A DNA stretch of 64,000 nt. Origin: Vicinamibacterales bacterium (GTDB lineage Bacteria > Acidobacteriota > Vicinamibacteria > Vicinamibacterales > UBA8438). The notes under the pieces were generated by a model. That model did no database searches, had not been told where the DNA came from, and was given only the letters and a program-made list of their open reading frames with translations. How positions within the stretch are numbered: position 1 is the first letter of the stretch; each line of letters opens with the position of its first letter. The stretch lies in the NCBI GenBank assembly GCA_965217045.1, contig OZ244228.1, positions 586,428 through 650,427 on the forward strand. The letters run 5' to 3'. The position numbers and the translations under genes are program-made. This document shows positions 9,761-17,705 of this stretch, piece after piece.

Positions 9761-11209
9761 ATGCACCTCGACCTTGAGCGGTTTCTGACGCGGCGGCGTT
9801 TCATCCAACTCTCGAGCACCGGGGTCGGTGCCGCCGCGCTGGCGACACTGTTCCACCAGGATGTCCTGGCCGGGGGGGGCGGCGCCGCTCCCACGTCGGT
9901 CGGCGGGCTGCCGGGGTTGCCGCACTTCGCGCCCAAGGCCAAGCGGGTCATCTACCTGTTCCAGGGCGGAGCGCCCTCACAGCATGACCTGTGGGAGCAC
10001 AAACCGGGGCTGGCGAAGCTGCGCGGGACCGATCTGCCGGACTCGGTCCGGCAGGGACAACGCCTGACCCCGATGACGGCGACGCAAGCGGGCTTCCCGA
10101 TCGTCCCGTCCGTCTTCAAGTTCGACCAGCATGGCCAGTCGGGGGCGTGGATCAGCGAGCTGATGCCGCATACCGCCAAGGTCGCCGATGAGCTGTGCTT
10201 CATCAAGACGATGCACACGGAGGCGATCAACCACGATCCGGGCATGACCTTCCTCCAGACCGGTGCCCAGCTGGCGGGCCGGCCCAGCGTCGGCGCGTGG
10301 CTGGCCTACGGGCTGGGGAGCATGAACAGCGACCTGCCGACCTTCGTCGTCATGGTCTCGAGTCGTGGCGGCAACCAGGTGTACGACCGGCTGTGGGGCA
10401 GCGGGTTCCTGCCCTCCGAGCACCAAGGCGTCAAGTTCCTCTCGACCGGGGATCCGGTCCTGTACCTGTCGAATCCTCCCGGAGTGGACAGAAGCTTCCG
10501 GCGTCGGTTCCTCGACGATCTGGGCCAGCTGAATCAGCAGGATCGCGAGACGTTCGGCGATCCGGAGACGGCCACACGCATTTCGCAGTACGAGATGGCC
10601 TATCGCATGCAGGCCTCCGTGCCGGAGTTGACCGACCTGTCGGATGAACCGGAGAGCGTCTTCGAGCGGTACGGGCCCGACTCCCGCACGCCCGGCACCT
10701 TCGCAGCCAACTGCCTGCTCGCGCGGCGGCTGGCCGAACGCGATGTGCGCTTCATCGAGCTCTTCCACCGGGGATGGGACATGCACACCCAGCTCCCGAC
10801 GCGGATCAAGGTGCAGGCCAAGGACGTCGACCAGCCGCAGGCGGCGTTGGTCCAGGACCTGAAGGAACGCGGGATGCTGGACGACACGCTGGTCGTCTGG
10901 GGTGGTGAGTTCGGACGCACCATCTTCTGCCAGGGCCGGCTCACCGACGAGACCTACGGGCGCGATCACCACCCGCGCGCCTTCACGATCTGGCTGGCCG
11001 GCGGCGGCGTCAAGGCAGGCACCACGTACGGTGAGACCGACGACTTCGCGTTCAACATCGCGAAGGACCCGGTGCACATCCACGACCTGCACGCCACGAT
11101 GATGCATCTGCTCGGCGTCGACCATACGAGGTTGACCTACCCGTATCAGGGGCGGAACTTCCGTCTGACCGACGTGCACGGGAAGATCGTCGACGGCATC
11201 CTGGCGTAA
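9761..11209 (+). CDS. DUF1501 domain protein (sulfatase-like fold) with Tat signal
   Basis: The N-terminus has a twin-arginine motif (TRRRFIQLSSTGVGAAALA). The remainder is typical of DUF1501 (WDMH, GGEFGRT, DHHP). It starts 4 nt after the PSCyt gene, which is the canonical pairing. Confidence 0.9.
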   Translation: MHLDLERFLTRRRFIQLSSTGVGAAALATLFHQDVLAGGGGAAPTSVGGLPGLPHFAPKAKRVIYLFQGGAPSQHDLWEHKPGLAKLRGTDLPDSVRQGQRLTPMTATQAGFPIVPSVFKFDQHGQSGAWISELMPHTAKVADELCFIKTMHTEAINHDPGMTFLQTGAQLAGRPSVGAWLAYGLGSMNSDLPTFVVMVSSRGGNQVYDRLWGSGFLPSEHQGVKFLSTGDPVLYLSNPPGVDRSFRRRFLDDLGQLNQQDRETFGDPETATRISQYEMAYRMQASVPELTDLSDEPESVFERYGPDSRTPGTFAANCLLARRLAERDVRFIELFHRGWDMHTQLPTRIKVQAKDVDQPQAALVQDLKERGMLDDTLVVWGGEFGRTIFCQGRLTDETYGRDHHPRAFTIWLAGGGVKAGTTYGETDDFAFNIAKDPVHIHDLHATMMHLLGVDHTRLTYPYQGRNFRLTDVHGKIVDGILA

Positions 11210-11318
11210 CGGCTGCTCGCAGGACGGCGGCATCGCGGCTCTCCGCGGTGTCGCCGTTCCGTCGTCCTTCCCCTGTTGGAAACCCCGCCTTCACCCGTTG
11301 ACATCAAGGAGCGTTGGC

Positions 11319-11960
11319 ATGCAGTACTTCGTCCGATTGCTTGTCGTCTTCGCCGCCGTGGCGCTCGTGGCGCCCGCGATCCACGCGCACTTCAAGCTCG
11401 TGGAGCCGGCCCCGTGGATCGTCGAGGACGACCGCGGTGACCCGCAGAAAACGGGTCCCTGCGGCGGCTCGAACACGGATTGGGGCACCCCGAGCGACAT
11501 CGTCACCGAGGTGGTCGGCGGCTCGCTGCTGCCGCTCAAGATCCTCGAGACCATCTACCATCCAGGGCACTACCGCGTGGCATTGGCGGTCAATTCTCCG
11601 CTCGAGTTGCCGCCCGACCCGGAGACCCGGACGCGACCCAGCCACCGCGGAGAATGGGACCGGCCGTGGTCGGTCTCGGCCCTGATCGAGGCCCCGTCGC
11701 AGCCCCCGGTGCTGGCCGACGGCCTGTTCATGCACTACACGCGCGAGCCGACACCGATCGAGTTCGAGACGGAGATCCGCATTCCCAACATCAACTGCGA
11801 AAGGTGCACGCTGCAGGTCATCCAGTGGATGGCGGAGCACGCCTACAACAACCCGGGCGCCTACAGCTACCACCACTGCGCGCACCTGAAGATAATGGCG
11901 GACGAGTCGAAGCCGCTCGACGAGGGTTGGCCGGCGCAGCGCAACGCAACGGATCAGTAG
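11319..11960 (+). CDS. Secreted LPMO-like (histidine-brace candidate) protein, resembling the SCE4755-type polysaccharide-monooxygenase-like family
   Basis: An ATG follows an AAGGAG RBS. The signal peptide ends in AIHA, so predicted cleavage leaves His as residue 1 (HFKLVEP). Also present are HPGHYRV, paired cysteines and QWM...Y...HHC. Confidence 0.7.
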   Translation: MQYFVRLLVVFAAVALVAPAIHAHFKLVEPAPWIVEDDRGDPQKTGPCGGSNTDWGTPSDIVTEVVGGSLLPLKILETIYHPGHYRVALAVNSPLELPPDPETRTRPSHRGEWDRPWSVSALIEAPSQPPVLADGLFMHYTREPTPIEFETEIRIPNINCERCTLQVIQWMAEHAYNNPGAYSYHHCAHLKIMADESKPLDEGWPAQRNATDQ

Positions 11961-11987
11961 ACCGCTTCCGCCAGATTGCGATCGAGA

Positions 11988-12018
11988 GCCCGCAGGCACG
12001 GGCGCAGTGCCTGCGGGC
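11988..12018. terminator. Perfect 12-bp hairpin between convergent genes
   Basis: The stem is GCCCGCAGGCAC / GTGCCTGCGGGC with a 7-nt loop. It lies 28 nt after the stop of the LPMO-like gene. Confidence 0.4.
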
Positions 12019-12113
12019 CGGGTGTTGTCCGACCGACCGCGGGGAGCACCGCGCGGCAACCGGCCCTCAGGCTCGCCGAGGCACTATCCCCGAGCGACCG
12101 GCCGCCGTGTCGG

Positions 12114-13334
12114 CTACCTGCCCAGCGGGTCGTCGATGGTGCCCCCGCCGGTGGCGGTGTCGCGGGTGGCCGGATCGGGACCGCGCCCCTCGGCGAACGC
12201 CTGCTCCTCGATGCGGCTCCCGAGGAGCTGCCCCGGCAGGCCGTAGTTTCCCTCGTGGCATCGCGGCTCGTAGTAGATCCGGTTCGCTCGGCCGTCCTGC
12301 AGTTCCAGCTCCTGCCGGACCGTCCAGGGGCGGGTCCAGGTGGTGGGATCGTCGATCGTGACGACGTACTCCAGCGTCGTCTCGTCGAGCCGCCGCCAGC
12401 GCTCGACCAGATGGAGGTTCCCGCGGGAGCCGCGGAAGTCGCGCTTCCGGGAGAAATTCGTGACGTCGACCACCAGGGTGTCGCCCTCCCAGCGGCCGCG
12501 GGAATCGCCGAACGACCGGCGGACCTGGCTCGGCAGATGCTCACTCCCGCCGATCGGGATGACGCGCTGCCACCCCTGCCCCTGACCCACGTCGTAGAAG
12601 ATGGCCGCCGCGCCGGGCGACTGCACTATGCGGCGGAACCCGCCGAAGTCGGGCAGCCCGCCGCCCATGCAGCGCTCCGTCAGGCTGCGGTCTTCCGGCC
12701 CGTCGTTGCGGTTGATCCGTCCCGTGTTGTAGAACGGCGGCACCTCCGCGCGCAGGGGCGACGGCGGCCCGTACGACCATCCGGCGCAGACCGGCTCCTG
12801 CAGGCGGCACGTCTCGGTGGCCTGCAGCAATGCCAGCCGGAACTCCCGTTCCGTCCGCAATCGCTCTTCCGCTTCCGGCGTGTATGGCGGGATGCGCCCG
12901 TGCGGCGGGTCCACGATGAGCGAGGTGCGGTCCCCGGTGGGCCGAATCGACTCGAAGACTGTGTTGTAGGCGCCTCGGACGTCGCGCTCCGTCCCGATCG
13001 GCGCGCGCTCGTCCCGGCGCCGCATGGCTCCGCGTTGCTGATCGAGCGCCACCCGCTGCTCGTCCGTGAACACCTCGACGTCCGCGAACTGCTCCGGCCG
13101 CTGCAGCGGGATCTGGTACGGGTCGTTCCAGATGCCCTGCAGGTCCGGGTCACCCCACGGCGTGCGGAGCCGGCGTTCCGCCGACTGCCCCCCGCCCTCG
13201 AAGGCCGTGGCCGCGACCTCCACGCCGCCGAGCGATGCCGGCCCGGCGCCCGGCCCGGCCGCTAGGTTCAGCAGTCCGATCAGCGCCGCGAACGCCGCCG
13301 CCACGCCCATGAACTCGACAAGTCGCCTGGTCAT
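12114..13334 (-). CDS. Uncharacterised exported protein (406 aa)
   Basis: It has a signal-peptide-like N-terminus (VAAAFAALIGLLNLAAG), balanced Trp/Tyr/Asp-rich composition and high GC3. The opposite-strand ORF 11976..13265 is Arg/Ala-rich shadow. No named family was recognised; the conserved-looking motif is YYEPRCHEGNYG. Confidence 0.75.
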   Translation of the reverse strand: MTRRLVEFMGVAAAFAALIGLLNLAAGPGAGPASLGGVEVAATAFEGGGQSAERRLRTPWGDPDLQGIWNDPYQIPLQRPEQFADVEVFTDEQRVALDQQRGAMRRRDERAPIGTERDVRGAYNTVFESIRPTGDRTSLIVDPPHGRIPPYTPEAEERLRTEREFRLALLQATETCRLQEPVCAGWSYGPPSPLRAEVPPFYNTGRINRNDGPEDRSLTERCMGGGLPDFGGFRRIVQSPGAAAIFYDVGQGQGWQRVIPIGGSEHLPSQVRRSFGDSRGRWEGDTLVVDVTNFSRKRDFRGSRGNLHLVERWRRLDETTLEYVVTIDDPTTWTRPWTVRQELELQDGRANRIYYEPRCHEGNYGLPGQLLGSRIEEQAFAEGRGPDPATRDTATGGGTIDDPLGR

Positions 13335-13453
13335 TGCATCTCCCCCCGCCCGCCCGGCCGTTCAGCGCCGGGACGGTTCAGGTACACTCGAATCGCGCGC
13401 ACATGTCAAGCGCCGTCAGCGGCTGTTCGGGAATTGATCGATGCTTTTCGGCA

Positions 13454-13482
13454 TTGCCGTTCCCCGGGCGGGGCTATACAAT
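13454..13482 (+). promoter_or_regulatory. Putative sigma70-type promoter (TTGCCG-17 nt-TACAAT)
   Basis: The hexamers lie at 13454-13459 and 13477-13482 in the 200-bp divergent intergenic region, about 50 nt upstream of the 13535 start. This is a pattern match only. Confidence 0.25.
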
Positions 13483-13534
13483 GGCATGGATTCCCAGTGG
13501 GCTGTGGACGGGGTTGGTATCCAGGAGGGCACAG

Positions 13535-14980
13535 ATGACGACGATGCGAAACCGGTGGGTGTTCGCTTGGCAGGTGTTGCTCGGGGCGGCAGTCGTGGCG
13601 GTAGTCGCGTCTCCGGCGCCGGTGGCTGCGCAGGCTGCCCCGGAGAGCGAGGTGACGTTCAGCAAGCACATCGCGCCGATCCTCCAGCGGAGCTGTCAGA
13701 AGTGCCATCGGCCCGACTCGCTGGCGCCGATGTCGCTGATCGACTACACGGAGGTGCGCCCCTGGGCCAGGGCCATGAAGTACCGCACCGGGCTCCGGGA
13801 CCAGCTGGGCGTGATGCCGCCCTGGTACATCGAGAAGGACATCGGCATCCAGCAGTTCAAGGACGATCCGTCGCTGAACGACGCGGAGATTGCCCTGATC
13901 GCGGCGTGGGCGGACAACGGTGCCCCGGAGGGCGATCCGGCCGATCTGCCGCCGCCGCTGGCGTTCATCGACGTGGACGAGTGGGAGATCGGACAGCCCG
14001 ATCTGATCGTGTCGTCGCCGAGCGTCGAGGTCGACCCCGACGCGCCGGACTGGTGGGGTTCGATCGGTGAGGTGCCGACCGGGCTGGGCGAGGATCGCTA
14101 TGTCGCGGCCCTCGAGTACAAGGAGGTCACCGAGTCCTCCGAGGGGGCGGCGCGCAACACGGTCGGAGGGCTGTTCGTGGTGCACCACGCGACGCTCGCG
14201 GTGACCGATCCGAATCCCGATCCGGACGAGGTGGACCCCCTGCTCGCGCAGCGCCGCTGGCCGACCCACGAGGTGGGCCGCAACGCCGACGTCTTCGATC
14301 CCCAGGCGGGCAGGGTAATGAAGGCCGGCTCCAAGCTCGTGTTCGACTCCATGCACCTGCACGCCAACGGCGCCCGCACGCGGGCCCACCTCAACGTGGG
14401 CTTCAAGTTCCATCCGCGCGGGTACGAGCCGACGCGCAAGTGGGTTCGCATGTCGTTCGGCAACGGTGTCGATCTCGACATCGAGGCGATGGATCCGGAT
14501 CAGCAGATGGAGGCCTACTTCACGCTGCCGGAGAACGCGCTGATCACGATCTTCGAGCCGCACATGCATGCGCCCGGCGTGCGGATGTGCCTGGACGCCA
14601 TCTGGGGCATCACCGTCGAGACGCTCAACTGCTCGGGGTACGACCACAGTTGGGTGCGCGTCTACAACTACGAGGACGAGGCGGCGCCCCTGTTGCCGAA
14701 GGGCACCATCCTGCGGATCACGGGCTACTTCAACAACTCGCCGTCGAATCCCAACGTGCCCGATCCGCGGAACTGGTCGGGTGGCGGACATCGATCGGTC
14801 GACCAGATGTTCATCAACCTGATGCGCGGCGTCTACCTCACCGACGAGGAGTTCGCGACGGCGGTCGCGAGACGGCGCGAGGCGCTCGATCTCGAGGAGG
14901 GCGAGATGGTCGTCGGCTGCCCGCTCTGCGGGAGCGAGAGCTGGCCGACCGCTGTGGTGGCGCAGGACCAACAGCAGTGA
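13535..14980 (+). CDS. Exported haem c (CxxCH) domain fused to a PHM/DBH-like type-II copper monooxygenase domain
   Basis: An ATG follows a GGAGGG RBS and a signal peptide is present. It has the SKHIAPILQRSCQKCH motif. It also has the copper-site pattern HH (VVHHATL), HxH (MHLHANG) and HxH...M (EPHMHAPGVRM). Confidence 0.75.
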   Translation: MTTMRNRWVFAWQVLLGAAVVAVVASPAPVAAQAAPESEVTFSKHIAPILQRSCQKCHRPDSLAPMSLIDYTEVRPWARAMKYRTGLRDQLGVMPPWYIEKDIGIQQFKDDPSLNDAEIALIAAWADNGAPEGDPADLPPPLAFIDVDEWEIGQPDLIVSSPSVEVDPDAPDWWGSIGEVPTGLGEDRYVAALEYKEVTESSEGAARNTVGGLFVVHHATLAVTDPNPDPDEVDPLLAQRRWPTHEVGRNADVFDPQAGRVMKAGSKLVFDSMHLHANGARTRAHLNVGFKFHPRGYEPTRKWVRMSFGNGVDLDIEAMDPDQQMEAYFTLPENALITIFEPHMHAPGVRMCLDAIWGITVETLNCSGYDHSWVRVYNYEDEAAPLLPKGTILRITGYFNNSPSNPNVPDPRNWSGGGHRSVDQMFINLMRGVYLTDEEFATAVARRREALDLEEGEMVVGCPLCGSESWPTAVVAQDQQQ

Positions 14981-15027
14981 ATCCCGTCCGCCCGGGACCT
15001 TTCGTCCCGGCATGAAGTGATCGCGGC

Positions 15028-15092
15028 ACGGCGCGCCGTCCGCCGTTACGGGCGGCGCGCCGTCCTTCCTCTTTCTCTTCCTCTTCCTCCCT
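15028..15092. terminator. Strong hairpin followed by a 30-nt pure pyrimidine tract
   Basis: An 11-bp perfect stem ACGGCGCGCCG/CGGCGCGCCGT lies at 15028-15063. An uninterrupted C/T run follows at 15063-15092, between convergent gene ends. Confidence 0.45.
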
Positions 15093-15987
15093 ACGCCAGT
15101 CCCAGGTTGCGGAGTATTGCGAGCGCCGACCGCGAGCGGTTGAGGGTGTAGAGGTGCAGGCCGGGTGCGCCGGCCGCCAGCAACCCCTCGCACTGCCGCG
15201 TGGCGAAGTCGATGCCGAACGCCGTCACCGCCTCGTCGTCGTCGCCGAGCCGGTCGAGCTCCGCAACGAGGGGCGCGGGCAGCGCCGCGCCGCAGAGCGC
15301 CGTGAAGCGCTTCACCTGTCTCGTATTGAGAATGGGCAGGATGCCGGGCGTGATCGGCACGGTGACGCCGAGCTTGCCGGTCAGGTAGTCGACCATCTCG
15401 AAGTAGTCGGTGTTGTCGAAGAAGAGCTGCGTGAGGACGAACTCCGCGCCGTGCTCGATCTTGTCCCGCAGCCGCTGCCAGTCGACGTGCCGTCCTTCCG
15501 TGCACTCGGGGTGGCCCTCGGGAAAGCCGGCGCAGCCGATCGCGAACTCGCTCGCGCGTGCCCTCAGCACGTCGATGAGCTGGTAGGCGTAGTCGAAGCC
15601 GCCCGGCGGCCGCCGGAAGTCGGGCCGGTCGGCAGGCGCATCGCCGCGCAGCGCGAGGATGTTGCAGATGCCGAGGCCTGCCGCCTCGTCGAGGAAGGCG
15701 TCCATCTCCCGGTGCGTGAAGCTGACGCAGGTGACGTGCGCCATCGCGGTCAGGTGATGCTCCCGCTGTATGCGGTCGACAATCTGCAGCGTCCGGGCGC
15801 GCACGCCGTCGCCGCCGGCGCCGCAGGTGACCGAGCAGAAGTCGGGCCGGGCCGCCGCCAGGCGGGGCAGCACCCGGTCGAACAGGCTCTCGTCCCCCTG
15901 CGGCGTCTTGGGCGGGAAGAACTCGATGGAGACGACGGGCCGGCCGTCGGCGCGCTTCGCAGCGTAGATCTCGGGAATGCGTCTCAC
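15091..15987 (-). CDS. metF: 5,10-methylenetetrahydrofolate reductase
   Basis: The motifs SIEFFPPKT, TCGAGG, AHVTC, ILALRGD and LTQLFFD are present. The ORF stays open to 16185, but the conserved N-terminus begins near the GTG at 15987, so the start is uncertain. Confidence 0.85.
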   Translation of the reverse strand: MRRIPEIYAAKRADGRPVVSIEFFPPKTPQGDESLFDRVLPRLAAARPDFCSVTCGAGGDGVRARTLQIVDRIQREHHLTAMAHVTCVSFTHREMDAFLDEAAGLGICNILALRGDAPADRPDFRRPPGGFDYAYQLIDVLRARASEFAIGCAGFPEGHPECTEGRHVDWQRLRDKIEHGAEFVLTQLFFDNTDYFEMVDYLTGKLGVTVPITPGILPILNTRQVKRFTALCGAALPAPLVAELDRLGDDDEAVTAFGIDFATRQCEGLLAAGAPGLHLYTLNRSRSALAILRNLGLA

Positions 15988-16214
15988 GTCACTGATCTCG
16001 GGCGGAGCGACCTCACAGGATAGCGCAGGGCGATCTTCGACGCGGCAGCGCTCGACGCTGCCGGCGCACCGGATTTGCGGCTCGACGGGCTTGCGCCGGC
16101 CGGCTGCGGCGAGAGAGCATAGGAGCTGATCCGTTGACGGGAGCCCGGGAGTGTCGGGTCGCGCGGCGAGCACCGGCGCGGCCACGGTCGGTCCCGGCCC
16201 GAGGGAGGTTCTCC

Positions 16215-16973
16215 GTGCAGCTCAGGTTCCTGGCGTTGGCAGTTTGCGTGGCCGCGCTCGCCGTCGGCAGCGGCCACGACGTCGTCGAGGTGCAGGCCGC
16301 ATCCACGGCTGCGGCTCAGGACGACACGTTCACTCCGCGTGAGGTCGCGGCGGACGACATGCCGCTGGGCATCCACGAAGACTCCTGGGCGCGGGTGCCG
16401 CGCATCAGGCGCGAGTCGCTCGATCCCGAAGCGCAGCGCGTATTCGACATCATCGTGCATCCGGACAGCCGCTACGCCAGCGGCCTGCGCGGTCCGATCG
16501 GCATGTGGATGTACAGCCCGCGCATGGCCGAGCATCTGTTTCCGGCCAGCACCTACCTGCGCTTCGGGGCCGACGGCCAGCGCGACCAGCGGCTCGCCGA
16601 GCTGGCCATTCTGACCGCCGCGCGCGCTCTCGACAGCCAGTACGAATGGTCGGCGCACGAGCCGGCGGGCCGCAACGCGGGACTCGAGCCGGAGATCATC
16701 GAGCTGCTCCGGCACGACCGGCCGCTGGACGATGTCGGCGATCTGCCGGGGCTGGGCGAGCCGGAACGCACGATCATCCGGGTCGTGCGCGAGCTGATAC
16801 GCGCGCCGAAGCTGAACGCCGCCGCGTTCGAGGCCGCGCAGCGGCTCTTCGGCAACGAGGGCCTGATGGATCTCGCGGGCCTGGTCGGCCACTATACGCT
16901 GGTGAACTACACCCTCAAGGCGTTCGACGTGCAGCGGCCGCCGGGCAGCCTCCTGACGCTCCCGCCGCGCTGA
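16215..16973 (+). CDS. Carboxymuconolactone decarboxylase (AhpD-like) family protein with signal peptide
   Basis: A GTG follows a GAGGGAGG RBS. The CMD-type helices (LAELAILTAARALDSQYEWSAHEP) are present. Confidence 0.8.
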   Translation: MQLRFLALAVCVAALAVGSGHDVVEVQAASTAAAQDDTFTPREVAADDMPLGIHEDSWARVPRIRRESLDPEAQRVFDIIVHPDSRYASGLRGPIGMWMYSPRMAEHLFPASTYLRFGADGQRDQRLAELAILTAARALDSQYEWSAHEPAGRNAGLEPEIIELLRHDRPLDDVGDLPGLGEPERTIIRVVRELIRAPKLNAAAFEAAQRLFGNEGLMDLAGLVGHYTLVNYTLKAFDVQRPPGSLLTLPPR

Positions 16974-17028
16974 CGCCGTCCGCGGGCGGGGCGCCGGCGG
17001 GGGGCGCTGGCACCCCGCGCCGTGATCC

Positions 17029-17502
17029 TCACGCCAGCGCGGCCACCGCGGTCCGGAGCGCCTCGTAGTCCGGTTCGACGCCCAGGCTCCCGGCGACCCA
17101 GTGGTAACGGACCACCCCGTCCTTGTCGACCACGGTCACGGCGCGGTTGGCGGCGACGTACCCTTGCATGCCGGCCAATCCCGGGAACGCGACGTCGTAG
17201 GCGGTCACGACCTCCCGGTTGTAGTCGCTGAGGAAGGTGTAATCCACGTTGTTCGCGGCCTTCCAGGCTTGCTGGGCGAACGGCGCATCGACCGTGATGC
17301 CGATGACCTCGGCGTTCAGGGTGCTGAACTGGTCGATGCGGTCGCGCAGCGCGCACATCTCCGTGGTGCACACGCCGGTGAACGCGCCGGGGAAGAAGAC
17401 GAGCACCACGTTCCTGCCGCGGTAGTCACGCAAGCTGCGCTGCCGGTCCGGGGTCTCGTGCAGCGTGAACTCGGGAGCGGGCTGTCCTACGGCGATGGCC
17501 AT
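17029..17502 (-). CDS. Peroxiredoxin (AhpC/TSA-Bcp family)
   Basis: The FFPGAFTGVCTTE active-site motif is present in a 157-aa protein. Confidence 0.9.
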   Translation of the reverse strand: MAIAVGQPAPEFTLHETPDRQRSLRDYRGRNVVLVFFPGAFTGVCTTEMCALRDRIDQFSTLNAEVIGITVDAPFAQQAWKAANNVDYTFLSDYNREVVTAYDVAFPGLAGMQGYVAANRAVTVVDKDGVVRYHWVAGSLGVEPDYEALRTAVAALA

Positions 17503-17569
17503 CTACTAACCTCCTGCCGGACAACCCTATCACGCGGGCCGCAGCCGGACGCTCGACCGTGGGCGTGGC

Positions 17570-17652
17570 CCGCCAATCGTCGTCTTGCGGCTGCGCCTGG
17601 CCCCCAACCAACCCTGCAGGCGTCCGCGCCGTTCCGCGGCGCAGACTCCTGG
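17570..17652 (-). repeat. Intergenic structured repeat, copy A (full length, minus orientation)
   Basis: The reverse complement aligns end to end with the copies at 38491 and 48091: long hairpin, CAGGGTTGGTTGGG linker, then a second stem ending GATTGGCGGGC. Confidence 0.7.
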
Positions 17653-17705
17653 CCGGGCACGCGTACCCGGATGACAACCGCGGCCGTGTCGTGCAGAATG
17701 GCTCC

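Noticed and set aside
6413-9925. Very long antisense ORFs. Examples are 939..2426, 6413..9925, 13406..15505, 29737..32652, 40595..42451, 44846..47731, 52899..54677 and 61209..63131.
   Set aside because: They are Arg/Ala/Pro/Gly-rich with no recognisable motifs. Each lies exactly opposite a gene with clear family signatures. This is the usual stop-codon-poor shadow frame of high-GC DNA.
15988-16185. A 66-codon N-terminal extension of metF up to ATG 16185.
   Set aside because: The extension has no similarity to MetF N-termini as I recall them and is Ala/Arg/Pro-rich. I kept this only as a note on start uncertainty.
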